A stretch of DNA of 64,000 nt from an uncultured Candidatus Saccharibacteria bacterium (GCA_964607805.1 CAZSLF010000001.1:78613-142612), one strand, 5' to 3'. Counted from the stretch's first letter, positions 9,479 to 18,144 are shown. Program-made: numbers and translations. Notes: generated by a model not told the origin, from the sequence alone.

Positions 9479-9507
9479 TTGACATAACATTGAACTTATG
9501 ACATAGT
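9479..9507 (+). promoter_or_regulatory. predicted sigma70-type promoter of islet B
   Basis: TTGACA (9479-9484), 17-nt spacer, TGaCATAGT. About 125 nt upstream of the ORF, leaving a leader with long-range pairing (gacatagt ... actatgtc). Confidence 0.4.
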
Positions 9508-9637
9508 TCTGCGGTAATAAGTACCTCACAACTTAATACGTCTGATCAAAAGCATGTGGCTGAAACCACTATGTCGCCTGAAAGCACCGATTAGAAAACT
9601 GACGTGAGAACCCGAAAACACTGAAATCAATACCGCT

Positions 9638-10336
9638 ATGAACATTCCGAATCAACTGGTTGAATACTGGGCAAAGGCCAATGAGTTTGATCCAAGCCAC
9701 ATGTCGCACCTCTGGAAAAAATACAGGAGAAATAAATTGTTCGATGGAACGTTATTCATCTGCTTGTCCTTGATTTTGACTTTCTTTTTAACTCCGCACA
9801 TATGGTCTTCTGAGACCCTATCCGAGTATCATAAAATAGTCATCTTCCTTGCACTGGTTCCAGCGCAATTACTCGGATATAAATTGGTTGGGCCTAAAGC
9901 CCCATTCGGCATGAATCTGAACGAGACGATGACCATCAAGGAGCTTATTACAGATGTAAAGCGTCTGAAGAAAGTTGCTGGGGTGTGGAGGTTCAAAAGT
10001 CATCACTTCGAACCTAGTCTCTATATGGAAAAGATGGACGGCGCTAATCTCCCTGGACCATCGATGTCTGTTCTGGCCACATTGTGCTGGACAAACTTAA
10101 GGCACCGGGCAAGGGATCTGGGCTCACAGCAAGCCTTCATGAGGGAGTGTCGTAATAGGTTCATCGAGGATAAAAAAGACGAAAACAGGCTATTCGACAC
10201 CAGAATGAAACTGCAAGGAGATTTCGACCATATGGTCAAGTTTGGTCTCAGGCCACAAAATACTTTGTTCGGTAACTTGTTCCACCCCCGAGGTCCTGTT
10301 ATCAGCGCAGATGTTTACGGAGTTTGGCACTCTTAA
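9638..10336 (+). CDS. hypothetical membrane protein (G+C-rich islet B)
   Basis: 232 aa uninterrupted ORF in a G+C-richer stretch. Two predicted TM helices near the N-terminus. No recognisable motif. Confidence 0.6.
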   Translation: MNIPNQLVEYWAKANEFDPSHMSHLWKKYRRNKLFDGTLFICLSLILTFFLTPHIWSSETLSEYHKIVIFLALVPAQLLGYKLVGPKAPFGMNLNETMTIKELITDVKRLKKVAGVWRFKSHHFEPSLYMEKMDGANLPGPSMSVLATLCWTNLRHRARDLGSQQAFMRECRNRFIEDKKDENRLFDTRMKLQGDFDHMVKFGLRPQNTLFGNLFHPRGPVISADVYGVWHS

Positions 10337-10359
10337 CAATGACCTACTAAGTCAACACG

Positions 10360-10392
10360 CCCCACGAGCATCGCTCGTGGGGTTTTCATTTT
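10360..10392 (+). terminator. intrinsic terminator of islet B
   Basis: ccccacgagc / atc / gctcgtgggg followed by ttttcatttt. Confidence 0.75.
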
Positions 10393-10619
10393 GAAAAATC
10401 TATATTACAAAGAAACTAAAAACTCGGCGGAAGATTACTTAGCCTTAACTTTTTTTGGTTTCTTTTTTTCTTTTCCTTTTTGCATTCCTTTTGGCATATA
10501 CGTAAATTGTATCACAAAAAATTTTGCCAATTCACTTTTTCAACAGTTTAAATTTAAATTTCTAGCCGCTCAATTTTTTCAACACAACATTTATTATAAT
10601 AATTTCGAATTTTATCAAG

Positions 10620-10647
10620 TTGCATTTTCCCTATTTTATGATATAAT
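10620..10647 (+). promoter_or_regulatory. promoter of the RNase P RNA gene
   Basis: TTGCAT (10620-10625), 16-nt spacer, extended -10 TGaTATAAT (10639-10647). Confidence 0.6.
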
Positions 10648-10653
10648 ATTACC

Positions 10654-11166
10654 CGTACCAGATAATCGCCCGGCCCAAGATTTGCAATATCTTTTGGGAG
10701 GGAGGAAAGTCCGAACACAGCCATTTTTATGATCTTTATTCTAGTATGCAAACTAAGAATAATTTGAAAAATGGAGCAAGGTAGCGGGTAACACCCGCCT
10801 GACATATGCACTTAGCTTAACGAGCAATCGCAAAGTCGAGAATATATGCAACAAGAGGTGCGAGCAGTGACGCCAAAAGCGAAAGCCTATGGCATCCCGC
10901 AAAATCGAAGCCGTCAAAAGCCAAAATTTTGCAGGATGAATCGCCTAAGTAATTAAGCGAATGAAACGGCAAAATCCTTACCCCTGTGCAAGTCCGTGCT
11001 TTTCGGGCAACCACGTGTATGTCCGAATTGAGAGACGCAAAGAATTTATTGGCAACAATAAATCAAGATGAATGATTGTCATCTTTAGATTGTCAGCTCG
11101 CGCAAGCAAGCAGAAGCGAAAGCTTTGACGACTTAAAGAAACAGAATTCGGCTTATAGGTACACGC
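10654..11166 (+). ncRNA. rnpB: RNase P RNA (bacterial type), ends approximate
   Basis: Universal P4 elements GAGGAAAGTCCG (10702-10713) and ACAGAATTCGGCTTAT (11141-11156), with the bulged U implied. P3-like hairpin cccaagat...atcttttggg. P1 candidate gtacc (10655) / ggtac (11159). Promoter upstream and terminator downstream. Confidence 0.85.
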
Positions 11167-11174
11167 AGAATACT

Positions 11175-11198
11175 CATCATGAAAATGGTGGGTTTTTT
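11175..11198 (+). terminator. terminator after rnpB
   Basis: catcat / gaaa / atggtg (one G-U pair) followed by ggtttttt. Confidence 0.5.
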
Positions 11199-11219
11199 GT
11201 TTTCCTCCCCACAATTTTG

Positions 11220-11248
11220 TTGACAAATCCCCTATTTTGATGCACAAT
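11220..11248 (+). promoter_or_regulatory. predicted promoter of the islet C leader / MarR transcript
   Basis: TTGACA (11220-11225), 17-nt spacer, CACAAT (11243-11248). The implied 5' leader is about 360 nt. Confidence 0.45.
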
Positions 11249-11296
11249 ACAACTCTGTCCGATTTTCAGTTAGTTCTTTGAGTTTAATACTTCTTT

Positions 11297-11388
11297 AGGA
11301 GAGCAATATGCGCGCGATTTGTGATTAAGCCGGCCAAACCAAACTTACATGGCCAAACATCCACCAATCGTTCATATATTGCTCTCCT
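11297..11388 (+). promoter_or_regulatory. structured leader element closed by a 13-bp perfect stem, with an SD-preceded 6-codon mini-ORF
   Basis: aggagagcaatat (11297-11309) pairs with atattgctctcct (11376-11388). Mini-ORF ATG CGC GCG ATT TGT GAT TAA at 11308-11328; its AGGAG and ATG sit in the left arm. Further hairpins follow up to 11610. Confidence 0.45.
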
Positions 11389-11614
11389 CAAGACAATGTC
11401 GTTTGAAAGGAGAAAAGCAAGGTAGCCCTATTCATTTACTTCACATACTTACTGCCATAAACAGTGTATATGCCAAGTACTTGAACTCAGCGCGATAGCT
11501 CGCACTGAGGCTGGTCACTACCCCGTTAGTGAGAACGGAAAAGAGATGCATTGACTCACAAAATCAATGTTGAACAAACAAAAAAGTCCTCGGCAAAACT
11601 GAGGCGCTCCAAAC

Positions 11615-12106
11615 ATGAAATCCAGATCAAAGCAACAAGATTCACACGCACTCGCGGTATTCATCTCGACACTCCTCTCGGGTCCAATCTACGATCTGTG
11701 CGGAATTCTCTCCCGTGAAAAGTTGAGTATGCAGGACGCCTGTCTACTCGCTTACCTCATGCGAGGACTCACTCCTACCATGACCGATATCAGTCGTAAC
11801 CTCCGTTTTTCAACGGCAGCCGCGACAGGTTTGGTCGATAAGTTGGAGAGAATGGAACTCCTCGAGAGGATCCACCCCGCTGACGATCGTCGGAAAGTAC
11901 GTGTCAGAATAACGAACGAAGGGCGTATTTTCTTCTTGGACAGAATCCAGAAAGCTCTTGAGGAAGTGCTCTACGAGGCTTCTGTCAACGCAGCTCGCAT
12001 CAGGACTCCGTCCGATCAACCAGACGTAATCTATCTTCGACCCACTTTCAATCTATCGTGGGAAGAACTGATTCACGGTTTGCCGGATCAACAAGCCGCT
12101 GCCTGA
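11615..12106 (+). CDS. MarR family transcriptional regulator (G+C-rich islet C)
   Basis: 163 aa. Winged-helix pattern TPTMTDISRNLRFSTAAATGLVDKLERMELLERIHPADDRRKVRVRITNEGR. Confidence 0.7.
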   Translation: MKSRSKQQDSHALAVFISTLLSGPIYDLCGILSREKLSMQDACLLAYLMRGLTPTMTDISRNLRFSTAAATGLVDKLERMELLERIHPADDRRKVRVRITNEGRIFFLDRIQKALEEVLYEASVNAARIRTPSDQPDVIYLRPTFNLSWEELIHGLPDQQAAA

Positions 12107-12140
12107 TCGCGTCAAGTCGTCTTCACAATTTTCAAACGAC

Positions 12141-12166
12141 AAACCCCCGCTTTCGAGCGGGGTTTT
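12141..12166 (+). terminator. intrinsic terminator of islet C
   Basis: aaacccccgc / tttcga / gcggggtttt. Confidence 0.75.
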
Positions 12167-12190
12167 GTATTACCTCAGAAGTCATTTTCT

Positions 12191-12211
12191 AAATGAGACT
12201 TAATCTCAATT
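12191..12211. promoter_or_regulatory. degenerate third copy of the palindromic Fur-family box
   Basis: aaatgagact t aatctcaatt. It overlaps the stop codon of the DUF192 gene and sits between convergent genes. Confidence 0.3.
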
Positions 12212-12893
12212 AAAAACTCACACTATCACCAACTTTAATTCCTCTTTTCTTCACCGCGCCTGCTTGAACTTCAAGTACATATTTCGCAAGAGTTGATGAT
12301 TGAAAAGTTTTTGGATATGAATCTGGACTAACATTTTTTTCTATGTGGACAATTTGCTTTGATTCATTTATCCAAATCATATCGATAGAAAAGTTCATAT
12401 CCTTCATCCAGAAAGAATGATAATTATTTTCCTTAAATACAAAAAGCATAGCCTGATTTTCACCTATACTATTTCGCCCACTTAGACCTTGCCTCTGTAG
12501 CGCAGGAGTATCAGAAATTTCAGTCTTGAAAATGGCCCCTCTATCGCCTCCAGAATTTCCTGAACCTCCAGCGCTCCCAGCAGCGGAAATTTTAAGATCA
12601 ACCACTTCATATTTGCTTTCAGTCGCTGACTTTTCTTCTGCGGGTTTTTCCGGAGCCGACTTTGCCCCTAAATCAGCAATATCAACAGCTTTAATTTCGC
12701 CCGTCTGCTCATCGTCAGAATTTTCAAAAGAAAAAACCTCATCACCATTTTGTGAGTTGAGGTTATTTCCTGAATTTGCGTCGCTCGCGGCCTTATCCGC
12801 ACTTTGCGAAGAATACATCGCACCGACAACTAACCCTAAAAAAATAATTACCACAACTATGATACCCGGTGTGACAATTCTTTTCTTATCCAT
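12210..12893 (-). CDS. DUF192 domain protein, membrane anchored
   Basis: 227 aa. C-terminal AMLFVF...FWMKDMNFSIDMIWI...VLEVQAG pattern typical of DUF192 (COG1430). N-terminal TM. Confidence 0.65.
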   Translation of the reverse strand: MDKKRIVTPGIIVVVIIFLGLVVGAMYSSQSADKAASDANSGNNLNSQNGDEVFSFENSDDEQTGEIKAVDIADLGAKSAPEKPAEEKSATESKYEVVDLKISAAGSAGGSGNSGGDRGAIFKTEISDTPALQRQGLSGRNSIGENQAMLFVFKENNYHSFWMKDMNFSIDMIWINESKQIVHIEKNVSPDSYPKTFQSSTLAKYVLEVQAGAVKKRGIKVGDSVSF

Positions 12894-12896
12894 AGG

Positions 12897-13583
12897 CTAG
12901 TTATTCGCTGAAGGATTTGAAGGATTAGCAGCAGCACTTAGTGGCTTGAAAGATCGCTTTACACCATGCCATACCTGCTTAACATCTTCACTAAGATATA
13001 CATATACCCACATACCGATAATTGCTCCGAGTATTGGACCAAGAATAGATGCTAGGTTAAGTGCCTTAAGACCGAAAGAAATAGCTGGGTTTAGCGAGGC
13101 TGAAACGGTTGTGCCATTTAAAAATAGAGAAGAAATAATAATACCTGCAAATAGCGAGATACCTACTACAAATCCTGTAGCAGCTCTATGAGTTCTTCCA
13201 AAAGCAACAGTTGCAACACCGTATGCAAACAAAGCTGTTCCTAATAGCTCTGCAGAAAATAGCTGCCAACTAAATGCACTTTCCATCCCAGCAGGAGTAG
13301 CAATACCTGCATATTTGATAACTAAAACTGCAAGTGCCGCTCCAGCAACTTCAGCGATGATAAAATACAAAGCTTTCAGTGGAGAAATTTTATTTACAAA
13401 CATCGCTCCGATAACAAGAGCAGGGTTTACATATGCTCCACTAACATGTCCTAGACCGTAGGCCAAAAACATAAGTGTGAACACTGCGAAAATTGTTGCA
13501 ACCCAAGGGTTAGCAGCAGTCGCTAAGATTAAAACTAAAGTGAAAATACATGTTCCGAGTACTTCTGCAATATATGGTTTCAT
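12897..13583 (-). CDS. MIP/aquaporin family channel
   Basis: 228 aa. Two NPA boxes (GAYVNPALV and ASLNPAISF), six hydrophobic helices. Confidence 0.9.
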   Translation of the reverse strand: MKPYIAEVLGTCIFTLVLILATAANPWVATIFAVFTLMFLAYGLGHVSGAYVNPALVIGAMFVNKISPLKALYFIIAEVAGAALAVLVIKYAGIATPAGMESAFSWQLFSAELLGTALFAYGVATVAFGRTHRAATGFVVGISLFAGIIISSLFLNGTTVSASLNPAISFGLKALNLASILGPILGAIIGMWVYVYLSEDVKQVWHGVKRSFKPLSAAANPSNPSANN

Positions 13584-13874
13584 ATTTATTTTATGATTTA
13601 GTGAGTTTTATTTGATAATGAATAATAATGAATCAATTACTCTCTATGCCGGTATTATATCACCCCTCCTAGCCGGCTGGCTATCTACTCGCGGACGCAC
13701 CACAATAAGCTATGCAGTCATGTATTTGAACTCGCCCGCTATCCACTAGGACATATGGGCAATTTCTAGTAAAATAGTCGAACATGTGCGATATGGGCTG
13801 GGAGAGCCTGAGAAAGCCATTTTTAAGATTAAACAACCCTAATTATCCAATTAAACTAAATAACCAAATAAATT

Positions 13875-14408
13875 ATGGAACCAACAAATACACAAACAAC
13901 AGGCGGACAGCAAGGCGGAAACGGAGCGGCAAATAACAAGCCTCTATATATAGCAGCTGCAATTATCATCCCAGTAGTAGCGGCTGGATATTTCCTTTTT
14001 GGAAAGAGCAATGAAGCCGTAGCTCCAACAACAGACGATACAAATACTGCTAACGGCAATACTAACGGAACTAGCGAAGAAGCAGGTCCAACTGGTGACA
14101 CTATCGCTTCTGTTTACAAAGACGGAACATACGAAGTAAAAGGAAATTATGTCTCTCCTGCTGGACCTGAAGAATTCCCTATTTCATTTACAATTGCTAG
14201 CGGTGTAATCGTAGATACTTCTATGACAGTAAATTCTGAAAACCCTGGATCTGTAAATTTCCAAACTCAATTTATGAATGGCTACAAGGATCAAGTAATT
14301 GGAAAAAATATTGATGAAGTTAGTATTACAAAAGTTTCTGGCTCATCTCTTACTCCAAAAGGTTTCAATGATGCAATTGCTGATTTGAAAGTTCAGGCTA
14401 AGTCTTAA
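13875..14408 (+). CDS. FMN-binding domain protein, membrane anchored, extracytosolic
   Basis: 177 aa. N-terminal TM. C-terminal ITKVSGSSLTPKGFNDAIADL resembles the FMN_bind flavinylation motif (SGAT-type). Confidence 0.65.
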   Translation: MEPTNTQTTGGQQGGNGAANNKPLYIAAAIIIPVVAAGYFLFGKSNEAVAPTTDDTNTANGNTNGTSEEAGPTGDTIASVYKDGTYEVKGNYVSPAGPEEFPISFTIASGVIVDTSMTVNSENPGSVNFQTQFMNGYKDQVIGKNIDEVSITKVSGSSLTPKGFNDAIADLKVQAKS

Positions 14409-14482
14409 TCTATTGAAAAGCGCGACAGCTTGTGCGGTTCTTGCCGCTTAACTTGCCGCGCTTTTCTGTTACCATATTAAAT

Positions 14483-15454
14483 ATGTCACAATCATTGAAG
14501 TTTGATGCTATTGGTACAAGTTGGCAGATAGATATATATGATTCAGTTGGTGTAGACGCGGGAGCTGAAAATTCCGACGCGCTGTCTGAGGCCGACCTAA
14601 AAAGCATCCATGAAAAAATCATGGCGCGTATTGCCATATTTGATAAAGACTATTCGCGTTTTCGCGATGATTCTATGGTTGCTGACATGTCACGCAAAAC
14701 TGGCATATATCAGTTGCCCGACGATGCCCCAGAGATGATGAATCTATATTATAAGCTCTATGCTCTAACTGGCGCACTATTCACGCCACTAATTGGTCAA
14801 ACCCTTGTGGACGCTGGCTACGATGCTAAATATACGCTTGAGGCCAAGGAGGTTGGGGCAATTACGAAGCCTGTGACCTGGACGGAGGCACTTAATTACG
14901 ATGCTAAGAAAAACACTCTCGAGATGAAGCGCCCCGAGCTCCTCGATTTTGGAGGAATTGGTAAAGGATATTTGATTGATATTGTCGGAGATATTTTATT
15001 GGAAAATAGCATCCGCAACTTCTGCATTGATGCTGGTGGTGATATTTTGCATGTTTGTGATGATGAAAATAGTGGCGGAAGCGATGACGTGCAGAATTCG
15101 GCACCGGAAATTCCACCTCTTCGCGTCGGTCTCGAAAATCCTGAAAACACAAAACAAGTTATTGGGGTTGTTGAAATTAGAAATAAAAGTATTTGTGGAT
15201 CATCTGGCAATCGCCGTGCTTGGAAAAATTTTCATCATATTATTAATCCACATACTGGTGAGTCGTCTAGAAAAATTTTAGCTTCTTGGGTAATTGCCAA
15301 AAAAACTATTGTTGCTGACGCCCTCGCTACCTGCCTCTTCTTTGTTCCGCCCAGTGTTTTAATTACAGGGGGTTTTGATTTTGAATATTTAATTTTGAAT
15401 AATGACTTTTCTATTGAGAAGTCGGAAGGTTTTGATGCGGAGTTGTTTTCTTAG
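14483..15454 (+). CDS. apbE: FAD:protein FMN transferase (ApbE family)
   Basis: GGIGKGYLIDIV and ADALATCLF motifs. Start moved to the ATG at 14483 because 14416-14462 forms a GC-rich hairpin (aaagcgcg...cgcgcttt). Confidence 0.8.
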   Translation: MSQSLKFDAIGTSWQIDIYDSVGVDAGAENSDALSEADLKSIHEKIMARIAIFDKDYSRFRDDSMVADMSRKTGIYQLPDDAPEMMNLYYKLYALTGALFTPLIGQTLVDAGYDAKYTLEAKEVGAITKPVTWTEALNYDAKKNTLEMKRPELLDFGGIGKGYLIDIVGDILLENSIRNFCIDAGGDILHVCDDENSGGSDDVQNSAPEIPPLRVGLENPENTKQVIGVVEIRNKSICGSSGNRRAWKNFHHIINPHTGESSRKILASWVIAKKTIVADALATCLFFVPPSVLITGGFDFEYLILNNDFSIEKSEGFDAELFS

Positions 15455-15603
15455 TAAGAAATAATAATAAAGTAGTACAAATTAAAATCGTCCCGCACAG
15501 CCGAAGCTTGTGCAGGACGCGACTCAACCGAGACCGATATTAGAGTTTGGAGCGACTGTGTGGGAGCCTTAGCCGAGGCAAGTGATAACTTATAGAGCCC
15601 TAA

Positions 15604-16050
15604 CTATGACCTCCAAGACCTCCAATTATTATGGCACTCATTGAAATGCTTCAAATTGGACCATCTGCCTATCTCATTTCCAGTTTGCCTAATATACTCC
15701 CTAACTCCAGCATCATCTTTTAAAAATACACGTATTCTGGTGTAATCAAGTGCACGTGCGTGGTAATTTAGAGGATGTTCCCATCTGCATACTTGTGTAA
15801 GTATACAAATTCTTTCGCCATTGGATCCGTAATAACACAACTCATCATCTTCAACCCTCATTGTCAACTTCGGTTTTACATTCGTATCAACAATTTTGGT
15901 ATGTTTGGTATGAATGGATGATGTAAGCAAGTGTGAATACCTTGACTGCTTTCCGGGGTAACACCTGATAAGCGCAAATACAAATACAGTAATTATGATC
16001 GTAAAGATTATAGTTTCCACTTGAATCATTCGGTGAATTGCTTGGCACAC
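15604..16050 (-). CDS. hypothetical single-TM protein (G+C-rich islet E)
   Basis: 148 aa. GTG start with AGGAGG (rc of 16058-16063) 7 nt upstream. One TM helix, Cys/His/Trp-rich. Terminator-like hairpin at 15516-15546. Confidence 0.55.
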   Translation of the reverse strand: MCQAIHRMIQVETIIFTIIITVFVFALIRCYPGKQSRYSHLLTSSIHTKHTKIVDTNVKPKLTMRVEDDELCYYGSNGERICILTQVCRWEHPLNYHARALDYTRIRVFLKDDAGVREYIRQTGNEIGRWSNLKHFNECHNNWRSWRS

Positions 16051-16295
16051 CAGGGTTCCTCCTGAAACCTCTGACCAACGTTAAAGAACGTTTTTATACG
16101 TTAACATATTATTCAAATTTGTCAACCTCTTTATGTTTTTCATAAAATGTTTACTCTTGCAATTAAAGTGACCATTCCATTAAGTATCTTCTTTGAAAAA
16201 GAATATCTTTTCACTTAAAATTTCCTAGCAAATTATAACTATACACTCACCGCTTAGGCATCCCCCTTCTACCTCACTAACCAAAAGGCTATAAT

Positions 16296-18101
16296 ATGAT
16301 TATGTTTAATTCATTGCTTGTAAAACCATATATTAAAATTTTAGCTAAGATAGATCGCTTCATAAATAACATAACCATGTACAAATTGGTGCAGTTCGGC
16401 CTGATCGCAATTGCACTTTATGCACTCGGACTAAGTATCGCGACTAAGATAGGCTTTGGTGACTTCGCTTTCACACCTGTATCACTTATTTCAAGTCTAG
16501 TTGTTTTATTTATAGTTTGTTACGGTACAAATATTCTTTTTGGAAAAATATTTCGCGCACCACTCAACTCAGAATCCTCTGTAATTACGGCACTTATTTT
16601 ATTTTTCATAATGCCTCCTGCTGGTGTATTCGCACCATTGCCAGAAAGTCTAACTATTCTTGCGATTGCAGGATTGATTGCAATGGCTTCTAAGTACGTT
16701 TTAGCCATTCACAAAAAACATATTTTCAATCCTGCTGCGATTTCTGCTTTTCTAACTGGTCTCATGTTTTCTGCTGGTCATGCTTCTTGGTGGATTGGCA
16801 GCTTCGCACTTCTTGTTCCGACGGCGATTCTTGGTTTTCTAATTGTGCGAAAGATTCATCGGGCGCGACTTTTCTTTGCATTTATTTTAGCGAGTGTTAT
16901 TACTTTGATAATTTCTAGTATTGTAAATGGCACTCTCCTCCAAACCGTTTCGACTGGTGTCGCTGGAGAAAGCATGAGCTATGCGCAAGCGATTCCTCTT
17001 TTCCTTAAACAACTTCTTTTTTCTTGGCCCCTTGTTTTCTTTGCCACAGTTATGTTGACTGAACCACTCACTACTCCGCCTACAAAAAAAGAGCAAGCAA
17101 TTTATGGCGTAATTGTCGGTGTGATTTTTGGTTTTCCATTGCATATGGGTTCGATTTACATGAGTCCAGAGTTGGCACTAATTATTGGAAATATTTATGT
17201 GTATTTTGTTAGTCCAAAACAGAGACTTGTACTTATGCTTACGAAGAAAGTTGAGGTAGCTTCGAATATTTTTCATTTTTATTTTAGTCCGATTTCATCT
17301 GGCCGGCATGCGATAGCTCACACTACATCTCCTCTTAAATTTTCTCCTGGTCAATATATAGAATGGACTCTCCCCCACGAACACCCTGACATGCGAGGAA
17401 ATCGTCGATATTTCACTATCGCCTCTTCTCCAACGGAAACCGAAGTTGCTATTGGTGTGAAGATTATTCCTGAGCATGTTGCAGGGGGCTCTACTGCGCC
17501 CGCTGCCACGAACTCGACGTCCACTACAACTTCGAATACTACCGCTCCAGCCACAAAACCAATGCACTCAAGTTCTTTCAAACACGAACTCCTGCACTTG
17601 CGAGAACGAGATCCTAAAAGTGTAATTGTCGCGAGCCAAGTAGCTGGTGATTTTACACTTCCAGCCAATCAAAATACCCCACTTGTATTCATAGCAGGAG
17701 GAATTGGAGTTACCCCTTTTCGAAGCATGATTAAATTTTTATTAGATACAAATCAAAAAAGAGATATCGTACTTTTCTATGCTTGCTTAAGCGATAGAGA
17801 GTTCGCATATACAGATATTTTTACTGAGGCTGCGAAAGTGGGTGTGAAGTTTGTGCCCATTATCACAATTAAAGAAAATATCCCAACTAACTGGACTCAT
17901 GGACCACTTCAAGGAAAACCTTGGGAAGGATATGCAGGATATTTGAATAAAGAAGCAATTGAAAAATATGTACCGAACTATGCCGGCCGAACATATTATC
18001 TATCAGGACCAAGTGCTATGGTTGATTCATACACTGCACTCCTTAAAACTATTGGCATAGACAAGAAAAGTATCAAGACAGATTACTTCCCTGGGTTTTA
18101 G
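16296..18101 (+). CDS. fusion protein: RnfD/NqrB-like membrane domain plus ferredoxin-NADP reductase-like FAD/NAD(P)H domain
   Basis: 601 aa. N-terminal FNPAAISAF and MLTEPLTTPPTKKEQAIYGVIVGV (RnfD/NqrB pattern). C-terminal RRYFTIASSP (RxY[ST] FAD site), FIAGGIGVTPFRSM (NAD(P)H site) and YLSGPSAM. Alternative ATG at 16302. Confidence 0.7.
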   Translation: MIMFNSLLVKPYIKILAKIDRFINNITMYKLVQFGLIAIALYALGLSIATKIGFGDFAFTPVSLISSLVVLFIVCYGTNILFGKIFRAPLNSESSVITALILFFIMPPAGVFAPLPESLTILAIAGLIAMASKYVLAIHKKHIFNPAAISAFLTGLMFSAGHASWWIGSFALLVPTAILGFLIVRKIHRARLFFAFILASVITLIISSIVNGTLLQTVSTGVAGESMSYAQAIPLFLKQLLFSWPLVFFATVMLTEPLTTPPTKKEQAIYGVIVGVIFGFPLHMGSIYMSPELALIIGNIYVYFVSPKQRLVLMLTKKVEVASNIFHFYFSPISSGRHAIAHTTSPLKFSPGQYIEWTLPHEHPDMRGNRRYFTIASSPTETEVAIGVKIIPEHVAGGSTAPAATNSTSTTTSNTTAPATKPMHSSSFKHELLHLRERDPKSVIVASQVAGDFTLPANQNTPLVFIAGGIGVTPFRSMIKFLLDTNQKRDIVLFYACLSDREFAYTDIFTEAAKVGVKFVPIITIKENIPTNWTHGPLQGKPWEGYAGYLNKEAIEKYVPNYAGRTYYLSGPSAMVDSYTALLKTIGIDKKSIKTDYFPGF

Positions 18102-18144
18102 AGCCCGACTTAGAAACAAACGATTTAGCTCCGAACAACAAAAA

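Noticed and set aside
10391-11247. Four ORFs in the six-frame track (10391..10732 +, 10554..10811 -, 10817..11014 -, 10978..11247 -)
   Set aside because: They overlap the RNase P RNA gene and its promoter. The translations are low-complexity or implausible, and the conserved P4 elements explain the region.
13735-13775. tRNA-like fragment on the minus strand (tagtggatagcgggcgagttcaaat resembles D-loop and T-loop words)
   Set aside because: No acceptor, anticodon or T stems can be paired, so it is probably a chance resemblance.
13640-13830. FMN (RFN) or TPP riboswitch upstream of the FMN-binding protein gene
   Set aside because: The conserved cores I remember (GGGCAGGGTGAAATTCCC...CCGACAGT for FMN; CTGAGA...ACCTGATCTGGATAATGCCAGCG for TPP) are absent. 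Only a short ctgaga word is present.
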